From an uncultured Candidatus Binatia bacterium (GTDB taxonomy: Bacteria > Desulfobacterota > Binatia > Bin18), in NCBI GenBank assembly GCA_965200965.1, contig OZ241744.1, forward strand, positions 2,208,001 through 2,272,000: a stretch of DNA of 64,000 nucleotides, written 5' to 3'. The position numbers and the translations under genes are program-made. This document shows, piece after piece, positions 60,233 to 64,000 of this stretch; positions within the stretch are counted from its first letter, which is position 1, and the number at the start of each line of letters is the position of its first letter. The notes below the pieces were generated by a model that was given only the letters and a program-made list of their open reading frames with translations, ran no database searches and was not told where the DNA came from.

Positions 60233-60866
60233 CGATGCCCCTGACCGCGCTGCGCCGCAAAGCTCCAGGCTGCCGGAGAATCTGCCGGAGGGGCAGCCTC
60301 ACCATCCTGCGGAGCAGGACCCGTCTGCGCTGCAAGGAACGGCTGATCTGCGCGAACGCTTTGGGCGCATTGAGGAGAGAACCGAGCACCTGCAAGGGGA
60401 TATTGCCCAGCTGCGTGGCGAGATAGGCGAACTGCGTGGAGAAGTGGGCGAGCTGCGCAAGGAGATGGGCGACATCCGCAGCACAATGGCCACCCGGAAG
60501 GAGATGGACGACATCCGCAGCACAATGGCCACCCGGGCGGATATTGCCCAACTCCGTGACGAAATCGGCGGGCTGCGCACTGCTACCAGCACCGATATTG
60601 CCCAACTCCGCAGCGAAATGCAGGGGATGGTCGGTCAGACCGCGTTCTGGTCCGGCATCGCCATTGTTGTCGCGGTTCTGCTTGGGTTCGGGACGCTGGT
60701 CTATAACAAAATCCCTGACCAGTTCCCCCCACCACCAGCCCAGCCAAGCCTTGAGTCCGGGCACACGCCGGCGCACCCCCCCCCGCCGCCTGAGCGTCCG
60801 CCCGTTCGCCTCAAACTCTTGCCTTGCCATACTGTATCGTGTGGATCATGGGACACATACATTTGA
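60225..60866 (+). CDS. Coiled-coil repeat protein with a TM helix
   Basis: Heptad repeats, 39-bp tandem duplication, hydrophobic segment. Confidence 0.6.
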   Translation: MIDDAPDRAAPQSSRLPENLPEGQPHHPAEQDPSALQGTADLRERFGRIEERTEHLQGDIAQLRGEIGELRGEVGELRKEMGDIRSTMATRKEMDDIRSTMATRADIAQLRDEIGGLRTATSTDIAQLRSEMQGMVGQTAFWSGIAIVVAVLLGFGTLVYNKIPDQFPPPPAQPSLESGHTPAHPPPPPERPPVRLKLLPCHTVSCGSWDTYI

Positions 60867-60970
60867 CACATGGCAATGCTTAGCCTACTCTCTGGGTGAT
60901 CCGCCCCTTGGCAGTACGCTGTGTTCCTTGCGATCCCTGAACGCAGCCAGCCCCTTGGGGCTGTTTTTTT
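60863..60970 (+). promoter_or_regulatory. Promoter, structured leader RNA and intrinsic terminator before the NYN fragment
   Basis: TTGACA-17-TACTCT; stem GCTGTGTTC/GAACGCAGC; CAGCCCC-tt-GGGGCTG-T7. Confidence 0.6.
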
Positions 60971-60984
60971 GTGAGAAGCGTTTG

Positions 60985-61077
60985 ATGACCAAAGTCGCAA
61001 TCCTCATTGACGGCGGATATTTCCTCAAACGTCTTCCGACAATCTGTCCGCAAATTGATTCCTCATTGACGGGCTGA
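60985..61077 (+). pseudogene. NYN-domain RNase, 5' fragment
   Basis: MTKVAILIDGGYFLKR, a typical NYN start; stops after 30 aa. Confidence 0.7.
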
Positions 61078-61129
61078 CCAGCGGATTTCCCCGGCCGACT
61101 CCCAACGCAAGCCGAGAAAAAGGAACAGC

Positions 61130-63826
61130 GTGAAGAAGGCGAAGAGACAGGCCAAAAAGCAGGTCAGGACGCTGACCCACCCCGAGGCCAAGCGGCCCAA
61201 TATCCCCACCGCGGAGCTTCAGGCGGTCATGGTCCAGGAGGAGCAGACCCCCGTCCGGGTGGCCTGTGAACGCCGCAATCGGGACCTGGACCCGCAGCTG
61301 GTGTGGCGTGGCAAGGACGAGCAGGACTGGTCGGAGCTGGTGGTCCACGCCCCGCCGCTCTATATTCAGGAGAAGGTCCACCCCAAGGCCCTGATTGATG
61401 ACTTGGCGGCCAGCGGGCAGAAACGCGCCGCTGAAAGGACGCCGCAGCCTGACCTGTTCGCCGACTTCAACGGCCTGCCCGACGAGGCCGCGGCCGCAGC
61501 GTTCTACCAGCACGAGGCCAGCTGGACCAACCGCATGATCCTGGGCGACAGCCTGCATGTGATGGCCTCACTGGCCGAGCGCGAAGGGCTGCGCGGCAAG
61601 GTGCAGTGCATCTATCTTGACCCGCCCTATGGCATCAAGTTCAACTCCAACTTTCAGTGGTCCACCACCAGCCGCGACGTGAAGGACGGCAGGGCCGACC
61701 ACATCACCCGCGAGCCCGAGCAGGTCAAAGCCTTCCGCGACACCTGGCGGGACGGCATTCACTCCTACCTGAGCTACCTGCGCGACCGCCTCACCGTGGC
61801 CCGCGACCTGCTGACCGAAAGCGGCTCCATCTTCGTCCAGATTGGGGACGAGAATGTGCATCGCGTCCGCGCCCTCATGGATGAGGTGTTTGGGGAGAGC
61901 AATTTCATTAACTTAATTTCATTTACAAAACGGAGTCCACAGCCGGATGACTTCCTATCGTCAGTAACTGATTACTTGGTTTGGTTTGGAAAGAATCGCC
62001 AGCAATCAAAATTCAGAGCCCCGTTTTTCCCGAAGAACGAATACTCCTCCGAATTCGTCACAAATGACCTTACATCATCACACTTCTATGACTCACCTGA
62101 TTTCCAGTTTGAGGGAAAGATATTTAAGCCAAGCCAAAGATATTGGTCTACAAGCATTCAAGGAATGAATAGGCTGTCTTTTGCCGGCAGGCTAATCGCC
62201 ACAAAGAACTCCATCAGATTTAAGAGATACCATGACGACTTTCCGGTCATGTATGTCGGCAATACTTGGCCCGATGTTGCCTTGTCTCATTTTGGCGATG
62301 AGAAGTGGTATGTGGTTCAAACCGCCTCCAAGGTCATCCAACGCTGCATCCTGATGACGACCGACCCGGGCGACCTGGTGCTTGACCCGACCTGCGGTTC
62401 GGGCACGACCGCGTATGTGGCTGAGCAGTGGGGGCGGCGATGGATTACGATTGACACATCCCGCGTTGCGCTGGCCCTGGCTCGCGCCCGACTGATGGGC
62501 GGGCGTTATCCGTATTACCTGCTGGCCGACAGCCCCGAAGGTCACGCGAAGAAAGCCGAACTCGCCGGCAAGGCTCCGTCTGAAACGCCCAGCTCTGGCA
62601 ACATCCGCCAGGGCTTTGTCTATGAGCGGGTGCCGCACATCACGCTGAAATCCATCGCCAATAACGTCGAGATTGACATGATCTGGGAGGAGTACCAGGC
62701 CACGCTTGAACCGCTGCGGGAGGCGCTCAATGCCGCCCTGAACGAGCAGTGGCGGGAGTGGGAGATACCACGCGAGGCCGGCGAGCACTGGCCGGCGGAG
62801 GCCAGGCGGCTGCACGCCGAGTGGTGGGAGGCACGCATCGCCCGCCAGCGGGCCGTTGACGCTTCTATTGCCGCCAAAGCCGACCATGAATATCTGTACG
62901 ATAAACCCCACGAGGACAAATCCAAGGTCCGGGTGGCCGGGCCGTTCACGGTCGAGAGCCTGTTGCCGCACCGGGTGCTGGCCGTTGATGAGGATGACGA
63001 GTTGATCGGCCTGGAAGCGGACCGGAACAGCGAGCGGCCTCAGGGCGAGACCGACTTTGCCGGCGTCATCCTGGAGCACTTGCGGATCGCGGGGGTGCAG
63101 CAGGCCCACAGGGAAGACACCATCCGGTTCCAATCTGTCACCGGCTGGCCGGGCCGGCTGGTGTGTGCCGAAGGCCGCTATGTCGAAGGCGAGGAAGAAA
63201 GCGGAGCGGAACACCGCGCCGGCATCTTTATCGGCCCGGAGTTTGGCACGGTGTCGAGGGCCGACCTGGTGGCCGCGGCACGGGAGGCCGGCGAGGCCGG
63301 TTTCAGCAGCCTGATCACCTGCGCCTTCAATTATGACGCCCATTCCGCGGAGTTTGACCGGCTGGGCCGCCTCCCGGTGCTCAAAGCCCGCATGAACGCC
63401 GACCTGCACATGGCCGATGCCCTGAAAAACACCGGCGGCGGCAACCTGTTTGTGATCTTCGGCGAGCCGGATATTGAACTGCTGGAGGCCGAGGACGGCA
63501 CGATGCGGGTCAAGATCAAAGGCGTCGATGTCTTCCACCCCAACACCGGCGAGGTCCGCAGCGACGGGCCGGAGGGCATCGCCTGCTGGTTCATTGACAC
63601 CGACTACAACGAAGAGAGCTTCTTTGTCCGCCACGCCTATTTCCTGGGCGCAAACGACCCCTACAAGGCCCTCAAGACCACCCTCAGGGCCGAGATTGAC
63701 CCGGACGCCTGGGCGGCACTCCACAGCGACACCTCACGCCCCTTTGCCAAGCCGGCGTCTGGCCGCCTCGCCGTCAAGGTGATCAACCACCTGGGCGACG
63801 AGGTGATGAAGGTGTTCCGGGTGTGA
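61130..63826 (+). CDS. Type III RM methyltransferase (Mod)
   Basis: GDSL, DPPYGI, DPTCGSGTT; near the Res gene. Confidence 0.9.
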   Translation: MKKAKRQAKKQVRTLTHPEAKRPNIPTAELQAVMVQEEQTPVRVACERRNRDLDPQLVWRGKDEQDWSELVVHAPPLYIQEKVHPKALIDDLAASGQKRAAERTPQPDLFADFNGLPDEAAAAAFYQHEASWTNRMILGDSLHVMASLAEREGLRGKVQCIYLDPPYGIKFNSNFQWSTTSRDVKDGRADHITREPEQVKAFRDTWRDGIHSYLSYLRDRLTVARDLLTESGSIFVQIGDENVHRVRALMDEVFGESNFINLISFTKRSPQPDDFLSSVTDYLVWFGKNRQQSKFRAPFFPKNEYSSEFVTNDLTSSHFYDSPDFQFEGKIFKPSQRYWSTSIQGMNRLSFAGRLIATKNSIRFKRYHDDFPVMYVGNTWPDVALSHFGDEKWYVVQTASKVIQRCILMTTDPGDLVLDPTCGSGTTAYVAEQWGRRWITIDTSRVALALARARLMGGRYPYYLLADSPEGHAKKAELAGKAPSETPSSGNIRQGFVYERVPHITLKSIANNVEIDMIWEEYQATLEPLREALNAALNEQWREWEIPREAGEHWPAEARRLHAEWWEARIARQRAVDASIAAKADHEYLYDKPHEDKSKVRVAGPFTVESLLPHRVLAVDEDDELIGLEADRNSERPQGETDFAGVILEHLRIAGVQQAHREDTIRFQSVTGWPGRLVCAEGRYVEGEEESGAEHRAGIFIGPEFGTVSRADLVAAAREAGEAGFSSLITCAFNYDAHSAEFDRLGRLPVLKARMNADLHMADALKNTGGGNLFVIFGEPDIELLEAEDGTMRVKIKGVDVFHPNTGEVRSDGPEGIACWFIDTDYNEESFFVRHAYFLGANDPYKALKTTLRAEIDPDAWAALHSDTSRPFAKPASGRLAVKVINHLGDEVMKVFRV

Positions 63827-63846
63827 ATTGCCCACATAGGACGGAA

Positions 63847-64000
63847 ATGGCCCCCCGGCGTAAAAAAAGCGCGCTCCCAGAACTCAATTCAACCACAAAG
63901 GTAGCGGTTGAGACCCTCCGGTTTGACCGATGTAACCCGCGGCTGATTGGACAGGATACTGAGGCTTCGGATGAGTCCATCATCGCGCAACTCTACCGCT
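63847..64000 (+). CDS. ParB/Srx-like N-terminal domain protein (runs off window)
   Basis: Manual translation MAPRRKK...LRFDRCNPRL... Confidence 0.45.
   Translation, partial: MAPRRKKSALPELNSTTKVAVETLRFDRCNPRLIGQDTEASDESIIAQLYR

Noticed and set aside
62192-63724. Long antisense ORFs (also 14671-16131, 17459-18556, 53785-54879)
   Set aside because: Typical high-GC shadow frames opposite well-supported genes, with no recognisable motifs

Overview
A GC-rich bacterial chromosomal window; the gene content is loosely suggestive of Candidatus Binatia or a deltaproteobacterial relative, which is inference only. Housekeeping loci include a partial nuo operon, tRNA-Ser, SRP RNA, dnaX-ybaB-recR, tRNA-Asn, miaB, moaB, moaD-E and many CoA/redox enzymes. 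These are interleaved with many defence cassettes. There is a complete, divergent type II-C CRISPR-Cas9 locus (21 repeats, cas2-cas1-cas9, tracrRNA) directly behind tRNA-Asn. A nurA-herA-sbcD-sbcC operon runs into a type IIG RM gene, and several type II/III RM modules, an OLD-like ATPase-TOPRIM and xisH/xisI are present. Main observations: (1) two independent three-gene toxin/antitoxin-like modules each carry a DUF3467-like protein where TAC systems have a SecB chaperone; (2) every CRISPR repeat contains a full sigma70-like promoter; (3) a duplicated ArsC-family gene has TGA at catalytic Cys12, a likely selenoprotein; (4) integrase-free defence cassettes are repeatedly flanked by 20-406 bp duplications of neighbouring genes; (5) a promoter-structured RNA-terminator unit precedes a truncated NYN RNase. 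Family names come from motif recognition by eye; no searches were run.
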